Below, piece after piece: positions 1 to 10,193 of a stretch of 64,000 nucleotides of DNA. Within the stretch, counting starts at the first letter, position 1, and the number at the start of each line of letters is the position of its first letter. The stretch is from Bacteroidia bacterium (GTDB lineage: Bacteria > Bacteroidota > Bacteroidia > Bacteroidales > VadinHA17). The translations under genes were made by a program, and so were the position numbers. The notes under the pieces are model-generated. The model searched no databases and was not told where the DNA came from. It saw nothing but the letters and a program-made list of their open reading frames with translations. Location: positions 1 to 64,000 of the forward strand of contig JAPLDX010000048.1 of NCBI GenBank assembly GCA_026391215.1. Direction: 5' to 3'.

Positions 1-87
1 ATGCAACCGCTCCGCGGTAACATCAACGGAAATTCTGAGCAGAATTGTTAGAAACCGCACAGGGTTACATTAATTATTACAAGACAT
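1..87. repeat. Exact 87-bp direct repeat, copy 1 (may extend beyond the window start)
   Basis: 1-87 is identical to 891-977 (atgcaaccgc...aagacat); the two copies diverge afterwards (aca vs cct). Confidence 0.95.
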
Positions 88-227
88 ACAGCTATTTATT
101 TTGAACTGCGGAGCGGTTCCATCTCATTAATTACTATATGCCTAGAGTTTTGAACGCCGGAGGCGTCCTATCACTACTCGTTCAGGGCATGTAAATATGT
201 TTTAAACCGCGGAGCGGTTACATCAAT
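6..227. repeat. Array of REP-like hairpins at ~50-nt period upstream of the Y1 transposase
   Basis: Hairpins at 6-18 (ACCGC-TCC-GCGGT), 53-66 (degenerate), 103-119 (GAACTGC-GGA-GCGGTTC), 152-168 (GAACGCC-GGA-GGCGTCC) and 205-219 (AACCGC-GGA-GCGGTT). The last four are followed by CATC/TATC/CATT. Confidence 0.85.
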
Positions 228-908
228 CTCTTATTCAATAATTATTATCAAAATTATTTGTATATTTATTTGTTGCATTTTCTAAAAATTCGTGCTATGA
301 AACCAAACACATTTACAAAACTGTATGTCCATTGTATTTTTACTCCAAAGGGTAGAAGTTCATTGTTGACTGACTCCATTATCATTAAGGTCCATAAATA
401 TATTTATGGTATTATTAATGAAAAGAAATGTTATCCGGTCGCAATTAATGGTACTAAGGACCATATCCATCTTCTGATAGGATTTCCTCCGACTATTGCC
501 ATCTCAGATCTAATACGTGATATAAAACGCAGCTCTGCTTTATTTATTAATGAACAAATTAAATCTTACTTAAGATTTAGCTGGCAGGAAGGATTCGGAG
601 GATTTACTGTAGGATACAAAGAATTGGATCATGTCTATAAATATATTGTAAATCAGGAAATTCATCATTCTACAACCAGATTTAAAGATGAATACATAAA
701 AATTCTGAATGATGAAGGGATTAAATTCAATTCTGAATACCTTTTTGAATTCTATGAGGATTAATTATGGGGCCCCCCGCTAAGGCGGGGCAGGTTCTCC
801 GCGGTTCTGATTCTGATAGATTTGTATAACAAATAGTGATGGAATCCCTCTGGGATTCTCAGATCATTTTAAGTCAGTTTATTAGAATTGATGCAACCGC
901 TCCGCGGT
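53..908 (+). mobile_element. REPtron-like element: Y1 HUH transposase flanked by inverted REP-like hairpin arrays
   Basis: tnpA with no tnpB. 206-227 and 887-908 are inverted repeats (21/22 match). Hairpin loops read GGA upstream and TCC/TCT downstream. Confidence 0.7.
297..764 (+). CDS. tnpA: IS200/IS605-family Y1 transposase (RAYT/TnpA-like)
   Basis: N-terminal LYVHCIFTPKGR, HUH motif DHIHLL, FSWQEGFG and catalytic Tyr in KYIVNQ. ATG at 297 preferred over TTG at 258. Confidence 0.9.
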   Translation: MKPNTFTKLYVHCIFTPKGRSSLLTDSIIIKVHKYIYGIINEKKCYPVAINGTKDHIHLLIGFPPTIAISDLIRDIKRSSALFINEQIKSYLRFSWQEGFGGFTVGYKELDHVYKYIVNQEIHHSTTRFKDEYIKILNDEGIKFNSEYLFEFYED

Positions 909-916
909 AACATCAA
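797..916. repeat. Downstream REP-like hairpins in inverted orientation
   Basis: Half hairpin CTCCGCGGTTC at 797-807, GAATCCC-TCT-GGGATTC at 842-858, and ACCGC-TCC-GCGGT at 896-908 extended by TTGATG/CATCAA arms. Confidence 0.8.
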
Positions 917-977
917 CGGAAATTCTGAGCAGAATTGTTAGAAACCGCACAGGGTTACATTAATTATTACAAGACAT
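891..977. repeat. Exact 87-bp direct repeat, copy 2
   Basis: Identical to 1-87. Confidence 0.95.
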
Positions 978-1283
978 CCTTCCGGGGATGATTATCTGAT
1001 GCGATTCATCTGCCACGGCAAAGAGGACAAGGCAAACTGTAATAATGAGATATTTACGCAATGAGATCCTGAAATCTTTTCCTGAAAAGGTCAGATATGT
1101 AAGGAATGCCAGAGCGCCGTATTCAAGAAAATGTATAAGATAATCAAGCCTGATATCTGCTTTTGAAGTATGAATTTTTAAGGACGGGATCGATGACACT
1201 GATGAAACAAAAATAATTGTAATTATCCATACAGCCAGAAAATATTTTGCAAAGGGTCTTAGAAAAGAGATCAGTTTATACAT
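960..1283 (-). pseudogene. VanZ-family membrane protein, probably 3'-truncated
   Basis: Motifs DYLIHFLEYGAL and DESHQIIIPGR. Directly after PGR the frame enters the 87-bp repeat (boundary 978/977) and stops, so the usual final D..N/TM helix is missing. Confidence 0.7.
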
Positions 1284-1324
1284 ACTTATTTTTTGTCACG
1301 GCTAAAATAAACCTTTTAAATAAC

Positions 1325-1332
1325 TATTTTTG
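1325..1332 (+). promoter_or_regulatory. Bacteroidota -7 promoter element for prfB
   Basis: TATTTTTG matches TAnnTTTG, 14 nt before the ATG at 1347. Confidence 0.55.
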
Positions 1333-1346
1333 CCAAAACTTGATTT

Positions 1347-2436
1347 ATGATCAACAACGACCAGATAAAAGAATTATCGGAACGCCGCGACGCGTTAAGG
1401 AGGTATCTTTGACATTGATGGCAAGCTGAATAACATTTCTGAGAAAGAAAATGTATCGCAGCAACCTGGTTTCTGGAATGATCCAAAACAAGCGGAAGAG
1501 CTTCTCAGGAGTGTATCCCTTTTAAAAAGCTGGACAAACGATTTTAACAAAGTAAGCATAGCGGTTGATGACCTGACGGTGATCAATGATTTCTTCAGGG
1601 AAGGCGAAGCAACAGAACAGGATCTTCAGAACCACTATGATAATTGCCTTTCAATGATTGAGAATCTTGAAGTCCGGAATATGCTTAGAAATGAAGAAGA
1701 TCAGCTGGGAGCTATCCTGAAGATCAATTCCGGAGCAGGAGGCACTGAGAGCAATGACTGGGCATCAATGCTGATGAGAATGTACCTCCGGTGGGCGGAA
1801 AGAAATAATTACAAAACAAAAGAGCTTGATTTTCAGCCGGGTGATGAAGCCGGAATAAGAACTGTGACTATTGAAATAGACGGAGAACAGGCTTATGGTT
1901 ACCTTAAAAGTGAAAACGGGGTTCACCGTCTTGTAAGAATATCTCCCTTCAACGCCCAGGGTAAACGCCAGACAACTTTTGCATCGGTCTTTATTTCGCC
2001 GCTTGTTGATGATAATATTGAAATAGAAGTAAATCCATCCGATATCACATGGGAAACATATAGGTCAAGCGGAGCAGGAGGACAGAATGTTAATAAAGTT
2101 GAAACAGCTGTACGGCTGAGGCATCATCCCACCGGTATTGTGATTGAAAATCAGGAAACAAGGTCACAGCTCAACAACAAGGAAAATGCAATGAGGATAC
2201 TTAAATCGCAGCTCTATGAGCTTGAGCTGAGAAAGCAAATGGAAGAAAAGGACAGGATAGAGGGTGAAAAGAAAAAGATAGAATGGGGTTCCCAGATAAG
2301 ATCATATACATTGCAGCCATATAGGCTGGTCAAAGACCACCGCACCGGATATGAGACAGGTAATGTCCAGGCTGTGCTTGACGGAGACCTTAAAGATTTT
2401 ATAAAATCATATCTGATGGAATTTGCCGGAAAATGA
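1347..2436 (+). CDS. prfB: Peptide chain release factor 2, with programmed +1 frameshift
   Basis: ATG 1347 gives [21 protein letters not shown], then CTT TGA C (1407-1413). The +1 frame continues DIDGKL..FWNDP and contains SPF and GGQ motifs; ~362 aa. Confidence 0.97.
1398..1413 (+). promoter_or_regulatory. prfB autoregulatory +1 frameshift site
   Basis: AGGAGG-TAT-CTT-TGA-C: internal Shine-Dalgarno plus slippery CTT TGA C. Confidence 0.95.
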
Positions 2437-4307
2437 TTAAGAAAGAAAAGCTATTTGAACAGTTTCCTCCGGTGAGCACCAGGGAGTGGATGGACAAGAT
2501 CAATGCCGACCTTAAAGGAGCTGATTTTAACAAAAAACTGGTATGGAAAACCAGCGGTGGCCTTGAGATAATGCCGTTCTACAGGCAGGAAGATCTTGAA
2601 AGCCTGAAGTACGTTGACTCTTTGCCGGGTGATTTTCCATATTTAAGGGGCAACCGGATCGAAAATAATCATTGGAGGATAAGGCAGAATTTAATAGTAA
2701 CGGATTATTCCGCTGCAAACAAAAAAGCTCTTGAAATCCTGATGAAGGGAATTGATTCGTTGGGATTTTTTATTCAGGATCCGGAATCAATAAGCGAAAA
2801 GAATTTTAATCTTCTTCTTGAAAATATCTCTCCTGAAGCCGTTGAGCTGAATTTCCTTTCAGACGGAAGGGCAAAAGAGATAGTGGATTTCTTCCTTAAG
2901 TATCTTAAGAAAGCAAATGCTGATCCTTATAAAGTTTACGGTGCTGTTGAAACAGATCCCCTGAGCCGGTTAATGCTGAACGGAACGCTATGTATCCCTG
3001 TTGAAAAGGGATTTGATTACCTGGCCGAAGTAGCTAAAATGACATCTGTTCTTCCACGTTACAGGGCAATTCATTTAAATGCATCAAATTTTGGCAATGC
3101 CGGAGCAGATGTAACCCAGGAACTGGCATTTGGGATATCAATGGGGGCAGAATATATCTCACAGCTTGGCGAAAGGGGGATAGAAACTGATGTTGCGGCT
3201 TCAAAAATCAGGTTCTCATTCGGAACAGGATCTGATTACTTTCCGGAAATTTCAAAACTAAGGGCTGCCCGCCTGTTATGGTCCGTGGTCATGAATGGTT
3301 TCAGTCCGGGCAAAAAAGATGCGGCAAGGATGGAAATACATTGTGTAATAAGCCGCTGGAACAAAACACTTTACGATCCATATGTAAATATCCTCAGAAC
3401 CCAGACTGAAGCAATGGCTTCAATACTGGGAGGTACAGATTCCCTGACAGTTGAACCTTTCGATATTGTTTTCAGAAAACCTGATGAGTTTTCAGAAAGA
3501 ATAGCACGGAATCAGCAACTTCTTCTTAAGGAAGAATCTTATTTTGATAAAGTGGCTGATCCTGCTGCCGGATCTTATTATATAGAAAATCTTACAAGCC
3601 TCATAGCGGACAATGCATGGAAGCTGTTCCTTGAAATTGAGGAAAACGGAGGTTTCCTTGAATCACTTAAAAAAGGATTTATCCAGGGAAAAATAAAGGA
3701 ATCGGCTGCCAGGCGTAATGCCGACATCTCAAAAAGGAAGATCAGTTTCCTGGGGACCAGCCTATATCCGGTTCATGATGAACTGATTCCGCGTGGTGCA
3801 GATCCCGGGAAGTTATTCATGAAGAAGGAACCGGGAGAAAATATCATTGTTGAGCCGATAAGGCTTTTCAGAGGTCCTGAAGTGTTTGAAAAGCTGAGAG
3901 TTGCTGTTGAGAAAACAGCCAGGCAGCCTGTTGTATTCCTGTTTACGATTGGCAACCATGTAATGAGAAATGCAAGAGCACAGTTTATCTCGAATTTTCT
4001 GGGTTGTGCCGGATACCGGATAATCGAGAATCAGGGTATCGAAACAATTGAAGAGGGAGTCAGGATTGCCCTTGATTCCAGGGCTGATATTGTAGTAATA
4101 TGCAGCTCGGATGAAGAATATGAAAAGATAGTGCCCGAGATTAACAGCAAGCTGAAAGAAAAAGCAATGGTTGTTGTGGCAGGGAATCCTCCCTGTTTAG
4201 ACACATTAAAATCTCAGGGTATCGGATATTTTATCAGTGCTCGCTCGGATATTGTTGAAACTCTGCGTTTTATCAACACCTATCTTGGCATTGATATGAA
4301 TTATTAA
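2433..4307 (+). CDS. mutA: Methylmalonyl-CoA mutase small (non-catalytic) subunit
   Basis: [35 protein letters not shown] and [10 protein letters not shown] motifs; no DxHxxG B12 motif; ATGA overlap with prfB. Confidence 0.92.
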   Translation: MIKKEKLFEQFPPVSTREWMDKINADLKGADFNKKLVWKTSGGLEIMPFYRQEDLESLKYVDSLPGDFPYLRGNRIENNHWRIRQNLIVTDYSAANKKALEILMKGIDSLGFFIQDPESISEKNFNLLLENISPEAVELNFLSDGRAKEIVDFFLKYLKKANADPYKVYGAVETDPLSRLMLNGTLCIPVEKGFDYLAEVAKMTSVLPRYRAIHLNASNFGNAGADVTQELAFGISMGAEYISQLGERGIETDVAASKIRFSFGTGSDYFPEISKLRAARLLWSVVMNGFSPGKKDAARMEIHCVISRWNKTLYDPYVNILRTQTEAMASILGGTDSLTVEPFDIVFRKPDEFSERIARNQQLLLKEESYFDKVADPAAGSYYIENLTSLIADNAWKLFLEIEENGGFLESLKKGFIQGKIKESAARRNADISKRKISFLGTSLYPVHDELIPRGADPGKLFMKKEPGENIIVEPIRLFRGPEVFEKLRVAVEKTARQPVVFLFTIGNHVMRNARAQFISNFLGCAGYRIIENQGIETIEEGVRIALDSRADIVVICSSDEEYEKIVPEINSKLKEKAMVVVAGNPPCLDTLKSQGIGYFISARSDIVETLRFINTYLGIDMNY

Positions 4308-4315
4308 GAGAGAAA

Positions 4316-6475
4316 ATGAGGCCAAAATTCACATATAGTGATTTGAATAACCTGCCTTCCGGAGGAAAGGATTTTCATAAATGGGAGACGGAGCATGGTG
4401 TCGAAAAGAACTGGATAACTGCAGAGAAGATCCCCGTAAAGAGTGTTTATGGCAGGGAAGATCTAAAGGGAATGGAACACCTTGAATATGCAGCAGGACT
4501 TCCCCCGTTCCTGCGCGGTCCATATGCAAGCATGTTTACCATACGGCCATGGACCATAAGACAATATGCAGGGTTTTCCACTGCAGAAGACTCGAATGCC
4601 TTTTACAGGCGCAACCTTGCTGCCGGGCAAAAAGGGCTCTCAATAGCCTTTGACCTGGCTACTCACCGCGGTTATGACTCTGACCATGAACGGGTTGCCG
4701 GAGATGTAGGTAAAGCAGGAGTAGCAGTGGATTCTATACTTGATATGAAGATTCTGTTTGATCAGATCCCACTGAACAAAATGTCGGTATCAATGACCAT
4801 GAATGGAGCTGTTCTGCCCATAATGGCATTTTATATTGTCGCAGCCCTTGAGCAGGGAGCTAAGACTGAAGAACTGACAGGGACAATTCAAAATGACATT
4901 CTTAAGGAATTCATGGTCCGGAATACATATATATATCCGCCTGAATTCTCAATGAAGATCATTTCAGATATCCTGGCATTCACAGCAGTTAAAATGCCAA
5001 AGTTCAACTCAATCAGCATTTCCGGATACCATATGCAGGAAGCCGGCGCAACATCTGATATTGAACTGGCATATACTCTTGCTGACGGACTGGAATATCT
5101 GCGTACAGGAGTAAAAGCAGGACTGGATATAGATTCTTTTGCTCCCCGTATCTCATTCTTCTGGGCTGTCGGAATGAATCATTTTATGGAGATTGCCAAG
5201 ATGAGGGCAGCGAGGATGCTCTGGTCGAAGATTGTCAGCGGTTTTAATCCAAAAAATCCTAAATCAATGGCTCTCAGAACTCACTGCCAGACATCGGGAT
5301 GGAGCCTTACTGAGCAGGATCCTTATAATAATGTCGGCAGGACATGCATTGAAGCAATGGCTGCAGCACTTGGACATACGCAGAGTCTTCATACCAATGC
5401 GCTTGATGAGGCTATTGCCCTGCCCACAGATTCATCAGCAAGGATAGCAAGGAATACACAGATATATATCCAGGAAGAGACACAGATTTGCCGTGCTGTG
5501 GATCCATGGGGAGGATCATATTATGTGGAATCACTTACTCATGAAATCGCGCATAAGGCGTGGGAGCACATTATGGAGATTGAAAGCCTCGGAGGAATGG
5601 CCAGGGCAATTGAGTCGGGAGTTCCGAAAATGCGTATTGAGGAAGCAGCAGCGAGAACCCAGGCAAAAATTGACTCGGGTATTCAGACTATTGTCGGAAA
5701 CAACAGGTACAGGCTCGAAAAGGAAGACCCTCTTGAAATACTGGAGGTGGATAATACTGCTGTCCGTGATTCCCAGATAAAGCGTCTGGCAAAATTACGG
5801 GAAGTAAGAAATGAAAGTGAATGCCAGGCTGCCCTGGATGCGATTACCAGATGCGCTGAAACCGGCAAAGGCAATCTTCTGGAATTAGCAATAGAGGCTG
5901 CATCAAAGCGCGCAAGCCTTGGAGAAATATGTTATGCATGTGAAAAAATAGCTGGGAGGTACAAAGCAGTGGTACGATCAATATCAGGCGTTTATTCATC
6001 CGAATATAAATCGGATAAGGATTTAAATGAAGCAAAAGCCCTGGTTGCCAGGTTTGCAGAAAAGGAAGGGCGTCAGCCCAGGATAATGATAGCAAAAATG
6101 GGTCAGGATGGCCATGACCGTGGTGCTAAAGTCGTAGCCACAGGTTATGCAGATATTGGCTTTGATGTTGATATCGGACCTCTTTTCCAGACACCTGCAG
6201 AAGCAGCAAAACAGGCAGTCGAGAACGATGTACATGTTCTGGGGGTATCGAGTCTTGCCGGCGGACATAAGACACTTGTCCCGCAGGTAATAAATGAACT
6301 GAGGAGTCATGGACGGGAGGACATTCTCGTTATCGCCGGCGGCGTAATACCCCATCAGGATTACCAGGCGCTTTATGATGCAGGTGTTGCTGCAATATTC
6401 GGTCCGGGTACATCCATATCAAAAGCTGCGAAACAGATTCTTGGAATATTACTGCATAATATGGAGCAGGATTAA
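4316..6475 (+). CDS. scpA: Methylmalonyl-CoA mutase large (catalytic) subunit
   Basis: [23 protein letters not shown], and B12-binding [10 protein letters not shown]. Confidence 0.97.
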   Translation: MRPKFTYSDLNNLPSGGKDFHKWETEHGVEKNWITAEKIPVKSVYGREDLKGMEHLEYAAGLPPFLRGPYASMFTIRPWTIRQYAGFSTAEDSNAFYRRNLAAGQKGLSIAFDLATHRGYDSDHERVAGDVGKAGVAVDSILDMKILFDQIPLNKMSVSMTMNGAVLPIMAFYIVAALEQGAKTEELTGTIQNDILKEFMVRNTYIYPPEFSMKIISDILAFTAVKMPKFNSISISGYHMQEAGATSDIELAYTLADGLEYLRTGVKAGLDIDSFAPRISFFWAVGMNHFMEIAKMRAARMLWSKIVSGFNPKNPKSMALRTHCQTSGWSLTEQDPYNNVGRTCIEAMAAALGHTQSLHTNALDEAIALPTDSSARIARNTQIYIQEETQICRAVDPWGGSYYVESLTHEIAHKAWEHIMEIESLGGMARAIESGVPKMRIEEAAARTQAKIDSGIQTIVGNNRYRLEKEDPLEILEVDNTAVRDSQIKRLAKLREVRNESECQAALDAITRCAETGKGNLLELAIEAASKRASLGEICYACEKIAGRYKAVVRSISGVYSSEYKSDKDLNEAKALVARFAEKEGRQPRIMIAKMGQDGHDRGAKVVATGYADIGFDVDIGPLFQTPAEAAKQAVENDVHVLGVSSLAGGHKTLVPQVINELRSHGREDILVIAGGVIPHQDYQALYDAGVAAIFGPGTSISKAAKQILGILLHNMEQD

Positions 6476-6492
6476 AACTTAAATAAGTACAG

Positions 6493-7053
6493 ATGAAAAA
6501 AGAATTTTTAATATTTGTTTTGGTTTTGTTCTTATCTGCAGGTTGCAGAACAAATAAACCAGTAACTGAAACAATGATTGTAACTTCGCAAAATGAAGTT
6601 ATCAAACCTGCAACTAATTTTTCCGATCAGTCAACCTGGCTCCTGGGATATTTCGTAAAGGACCAGCTGACACGGCCGCCTTATTCGGAATGGTTTTTAA
6701 AGGGATATGACGATTATCAGTTCAATACTGATGCTGTTAATAAACTGGAAGAAATAAGCAAGAATGACATTACTATAAAAATTGTACTTGGAACATGGTG
6801 CCCCGACAGCAGAAGAGAAGTACCAAGGTTTATGCGTGTGCTTGATCTATGGCAGTTTCCTGCAGATAAAGTTACATTCATCGGAGTCGATAATGCAAAG
6901 CTCTCACCTGTAGGAGAATATGAGAAGCTGAATATTCAAAGAGTGCCTACTTTTATTTTTTACAGAAATAATATTGAATCGGGACGCATCATTGAAAATC
7001 CGGTGACGTCTTTAGAACAGGATATAGTTAATATCCTGAACAGGAATGAATAA
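6493..7053 (+). CDS. Thioredoxin-fold lipoprotein (CxxS)
   Basis: Lipobox LSAGC, GTWCPDS, cis-Pro VPTFIF, GRIIENP. Confidence 0.85.
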   Translation: MKKEFLIFVLVLFLSAGCRTNKPVTETMIVTSQNEVIKPATNFSDQSTWLLGYFVKDQLTRPPYSEWFLKGYDDYQFNTDAVNKLEEISKNDITIKIVLGTWCPDSRREVPRFMRVLDLWQFPADKVTFIGVDNAKLSPVGEYEKLNIQRVPTFIFYRNNIESGRIIENPVTSLEQDIVNILNRNE

Positions 7054-7561
7054 TAAATTAAAGTTTCAGAAGATGGAAGATGTAAAAAACAAGACAGGAC
7101 AAAACCTTGGGATCGCCGCCCTCATAACAGCAATAGTAACTTTTGTGCTAGCGGTAATTCCGTGTGTTGGACTGATCGCAATTATCCCGGGAATAATAGC
7201 TGTAGTGCTTGCGTCAGTAGGACTTTCGCAAGCAACACATAATGATTCCCCCCGCGGAGTGCTTATTGCAGCACTGGTTATCGGAATTGTTGCCTCGCTG
7301 GTCTCCTTCTCACAGGTCTTTGTGGCCGGGAAGATCGCTGAAAAAGCCGATAAGTGGCCTAATAAAATAGAGGAGATCATGACTGATGTTCAGGATGATG
7401 TCCTGAAGGACCTTGAAGATGCAAATGTCTCAATCAAGATTGAGAATGGTGAGGATAAGATTGAAATTAACACAAATGCAGGGAAATTAGATCGCGAAAA
7501 GACACTGGAAGAGCTGGAAAAAGGAGACACCACTGTAAATGTCACTATTGAAAAGAAGTGA
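7046..7561 (+). CDS. Membrane protein (DUF4190-like); alternative start at 7073
   Basis: Three hydrophobic segments (LGIAALI..., IPCVG..., AALVIGIV) and an acidic C-terminal tail. Confidence 0.7.
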   Translation: MNNKLKFQKMEDVKNKTGQNLGIAALITAIVTFVLAVIPCVGLIAIIPGIIAVVLASVGLSQATHNDSPRGVLIAALVIGIVASLVSFSQVFVAGKIAEKADKWPNKIEEIMTDVQDDVLKDLEDANVSIKIENGEDKIEINTNAGKLDREKTLEELEKGDTTVNVTIEKK

Positions 7562-7982
7562 TTCACGATCAAAGGTAAGTATCAGGAATGAACCTTACCT
7601 TATTATTAATATTGTCTTTGCCGGAATAATATTTCTGATAATGCTTTATTCCGGCATTTTTTCACCTGAAAAAGACAATTACCCGGTAAGCTGTATTCAT
7701 GAGGAACTTACAGGAGAACCCTGTGTGTCATGCGGGCTGTCTCATAGCTTTTCATTGATACTGAGAGGGAGGATTACTGAAGCTTATCAATGGAATGTAT
7801 ATGGAATGAGGGTGTTCCTTTTCTTTGCCTCCCAGTTTTTTCTTCGAATAATATTTTCCGTTTTTTATACAAAGAACATTGAGACTCGTGAACAGTTAAT
7901 TATTCTTGATATAATCGGTTCGGCAATACTGTTTCTGATAGCTTTCCAGCAGTTTTTTGTCTATATCTTCAAATTCTCGTAA
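7539..7982 (+). CDS. DUF2752-like membrane protein
   Basis: CIHEELTGEPCVSCGLSHSF matches the C-x4-TG-x2-CxxCG pattern; three TM segments. Confidence 0.8.
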   Translation: MSLLKRSDSRSKVSIRNEPYLIINIVFAGIIFLIMLYSGIFSPEKDNYPVSCIHEELTGEPCVSCGLSHSFSLILRGRITEAYQWNVYGMRVFLFFASQFFLRIIFSVFYTKNIETREQLIILDIIGSAILFLIAFQQFFVYIFKFS

Positions 7983-7999
7983 AAAATTATCTAAAAAAC

Positions 8000-8030
8000 T
8001 TGCATTTATTAAAAATCTGTTTTATATTTG
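8000..8030 (+). promoter_or_regulatory. Bacteroidota primary-sigma promoter of the TetR/efflux operon
   Basis: TTG at 8000-8002 and TATATTTG (TAnnTTTG) at 8023-8030. Confidence 0.7.
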
Positions 8031-8083
8031 ACCAAATGGTTAAACTAAATGGTTTATTTAATTGGTTAAACCTAATGGTTAAA
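8028..8083. promoter_or_regulatory. Probable TetR operator array (4 x 13-bp period)
   Basis: TGGTT at 8037, 8050, 8063 and 8076; units resemble the palindrome AACCnnnTGGTT; lies between the promoter and the tetR ATG. Confidence 0.7.
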
Positions 8084-8087
8084 TAAT

Positions 8088-8720
8088 ATGACAGAAGAAG
8101 ACAAACAAACTGAAGAAAAAATATTTGAATCAGCTACTGAGGTATTCGTTGAAAAAGGAATGGATGGGGCAAGAATGCAGGACATTGCCAATCGTGCAGG
8201 GATAAACAAATCGTTGCTTCATTATTACTACCGAACGAAAGATCATCTTTTCAATGCAGTTTTTGAAATGATCGCCGGGCAGATGTTCAAAAAGTTTGCT
8301 CCTGTACTTGATGAGAATCTTCCTCTGGAAGAGAAGATCAGGTTCTTTTTCAGGGAGCATATTGCATTCATGCAAAAGAATCCGAGACTTCCATCATTTA
8401 TTTTAAACGAACTCCACAGAAATCCCGAAAGAATCAGAAAGCTGATTCAGAATATTGATATCAATAAGCTGTGGACAACCATCGAAGCCCAGCATAAGGA
8501 AGAACTGAAAAGATACAATATTACAAAAGAAAATATTCCCCAGTTTATGACAACCGTTGCCGGAATGAGCGTCTTTCCATTTGTTGCCCGACCAGTAATC
8601 GCCAGCATAATGGAAAAGATGGGATATGATTTTGACAATTATCTTGAGGAGCGGAAAGAATATGCCGCAGATTTTGTAATAAATGCGCTGAAGAAACAGG
8701 AAGCAAGCAATAAGATGTAA
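8088..8720 (+). CDS. TetR/AcrR-family transcriptional regulator
   Basis: N-terminal HTH: FVEKGMDGARMQDIANRAGINKSLLHYYYRTK. Confidence 0.95.
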   Translation: MTEEDKQTEEKIFESATEVFVEKGMDGARMQDIANRAGINKSLLHYYYRTKDHLFNAVFEMIAGQMFKKFAPVLDENLPLEEKIRFFFREHIAFMQKNPRLPSFILNELHRNPERIRKLIQNIDINKLWTTIEAQHKEELKRYNITKENIPQFMTTVAGMSVFPFVARPVIASIMEKMGYDFDNYLEERKEYAADFVINALKKQEASNKM

Positions 8721-8746
8721 GAAGAAAAAAGTATAAAGAAATAGAA

Positions 8747-10045
8747 ATGAAAAAGAGAATTTTGATCCTGTTCATTTTAATTATACCCTGTGTGTCAGGG
8801 CTTAAAGGCCAGAAAGTACTGACACTGAAAGCATGCTATGATATGGCAATGGCTTCAACACCGATTGCCGCAGAGAGGGAAGCCTATTCACAGATATCAG
8901 CAGTGAAAGATAGAAACCTGTCGAAAGGCTGGCTTCCCACGCTTGACGCCAGCGGAAGTTTTATCTATAACTCGTCGGTTGTGGATATGACTGATGTCCT
9001 TGGCTCCCTGCCTGTTCAGGGTATAGCCGACCTTATTAGACCGTTGCCCCATGAACAGTATAAGGTCACGCTGGATGTCAACCAGATGATCTATGACGGA
9101 GGTGCAATAAAAGGAGCAAAAGCTCTTGAAAAAGCTGAACTGAATATCAATGAGAAACAGACTGAGACAGACCTTTATAAACTTCGCAGTCAGATAAATA
9201 CCTACTATTTCAACTTGCTTCTTCTGGACAGGCAGAAAGAACTGCTGCAAAACTACCTGGAACTGATTACCAAAAGAATTGCATCAATGAATTCCGCACT
9301 TTCAAGCGGCGTAATTCTGAAATCTGATCTTGATGTTCTTACATCTGAAAAGATAAAGCTTGATCAGCAGCTTAGTGAAAATGGGATAAGGAAAGCATCG
9401 CTGCTGAAAATCCTGGCAGGCCTCACGGGGAGTGAGATTGATGTTTCAACAGAATTTGTGCTACCGGTAACAAAGGAAAAGCTTACAGATGAATTTACAC
9501 GCCCTGAATTACAGATATTTGATCTTAGAAAAGAGCAGCTTGATGCATCACTGCTATTAATACAAAGCAAAAGGATGCCAAAGGCATTCGGATTTGCTAC
9601 TCTTGGTTACGGGAATCCTCCCGGAAGCAATTTTTTCAAGGATGAATTTGCACCTTATTATATTCTCGGAGCCGGTCTTAAATGGAATATTTTCGACTGG
9701 AACAAAGTGAAAAATGAAAAGCAGATAATTAGTCTTCAGCAAGGAATAATCGACAGCAGGAAAAGCGACCTGAGTGATAACCTGGGAAGGCTTCTTGATG
9801 TCAAGAATGCAGAGATTTCAAGCCTGGAGTCCCTTATTGAATCAGATTCTGAGCTTATCGCAATCAGGAAAAGGATTACTGCAGCAGCAGAATCACAGTA
9901 CGAAAACGGTACCATTACTGCCACAGAATACATGAATGAAATGAATTCCGAGAAGCAGGCACTTATCAATTATGAGATTCATAAAATAAACCTTGCCCTT
10001 GCAAGAGTAGAATATCTAAACATATGTGGTAAAGAGATAGAATAA
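8747..10045 (+). CDS. TolC-family outer membrane efflux protein
   Basis: Signal peptide followed by Gln; LPTLDASGS, QMIYDGG, WNIFDW and YENGTIT motifs; operon context. Confidence 0.9.
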   Translation: MKKRILILFILIIPCVSGLKGQKVLTLKACYDMAMASTPIAAEREAYSQISAVKDRNLSKGWLPTLDASGSFIYNSSVVDMTDVLGSLPVQGIADLIRPLPHEQYKVTLDVNQMIYDGGAIKGAKALEKAELNINEKQTETDLYKLRSQINTYYFNLLLLDRQKELLQNYLELITKRIASMNSALSSGVILKSDLDVLTSEKIKLDQQLSENGIRKASLLKILAGLTGSEIDVSTEFVLPVTKEKLTDEFTRPELQIFDLRKEQLDASLLLIQSKRMPKAFGFATLGYGNPPGSNFFKDEFAPYYILGAGLKWNIFDWNKVKNEKQIISLQQGIIDSRKSDLSDNLGRLLDVKNAEISSLESLIESDSELIAIRKRITAAAESQYENGTITATEYMNEMNSEKQALINYEIHKINLALARVEYLNICGKEIE

Positions 10046-10138
10046 CCCCCCTGCCCCCCTGAAGGGGGGTTAAAACCCATTTTACTTCCATATAGATATG
10101 AGTGGGTTTATAGCCCCCCTTCAGGGGGGGTGGGGGGT
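10045..10138. repeat. Inverted pair of GC-rich palindromes (REP doublet-like)
   Basis: ACCCCCCTGCCCCCCTGAAGGGGGG (10045-10069) and its near reverse complement (10114-10138); the spacer carries AAACCCA/TGGGTTT arms. Confidence 0.85.
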
Positions 10139-10193
10139 CTTTCAGAAAAGTCAGAAGAGTACCTTATGAAACAAGAAAAACAAAGATAATAAT

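Noticed and set aside
6-227. CRISPR array (regular ~50-nt period, palindromic repeats)
   Set aside because: Repeats are only ~17 nt, degenerate, flip orientation around tnpA, and no cas genes are present. REP-like hairpins fit better.
258-296. TTG start for the transposase
   Set aside because: The family-like N-terminus begins at ATG 297 (MKPNTFTKLYVH).
1247-1586. ORFs 1247-1429 (+) and 1395-1586 (-)
   Set aside because: They overlap the frameshifted 5' part of prfB and have no recognisable features.
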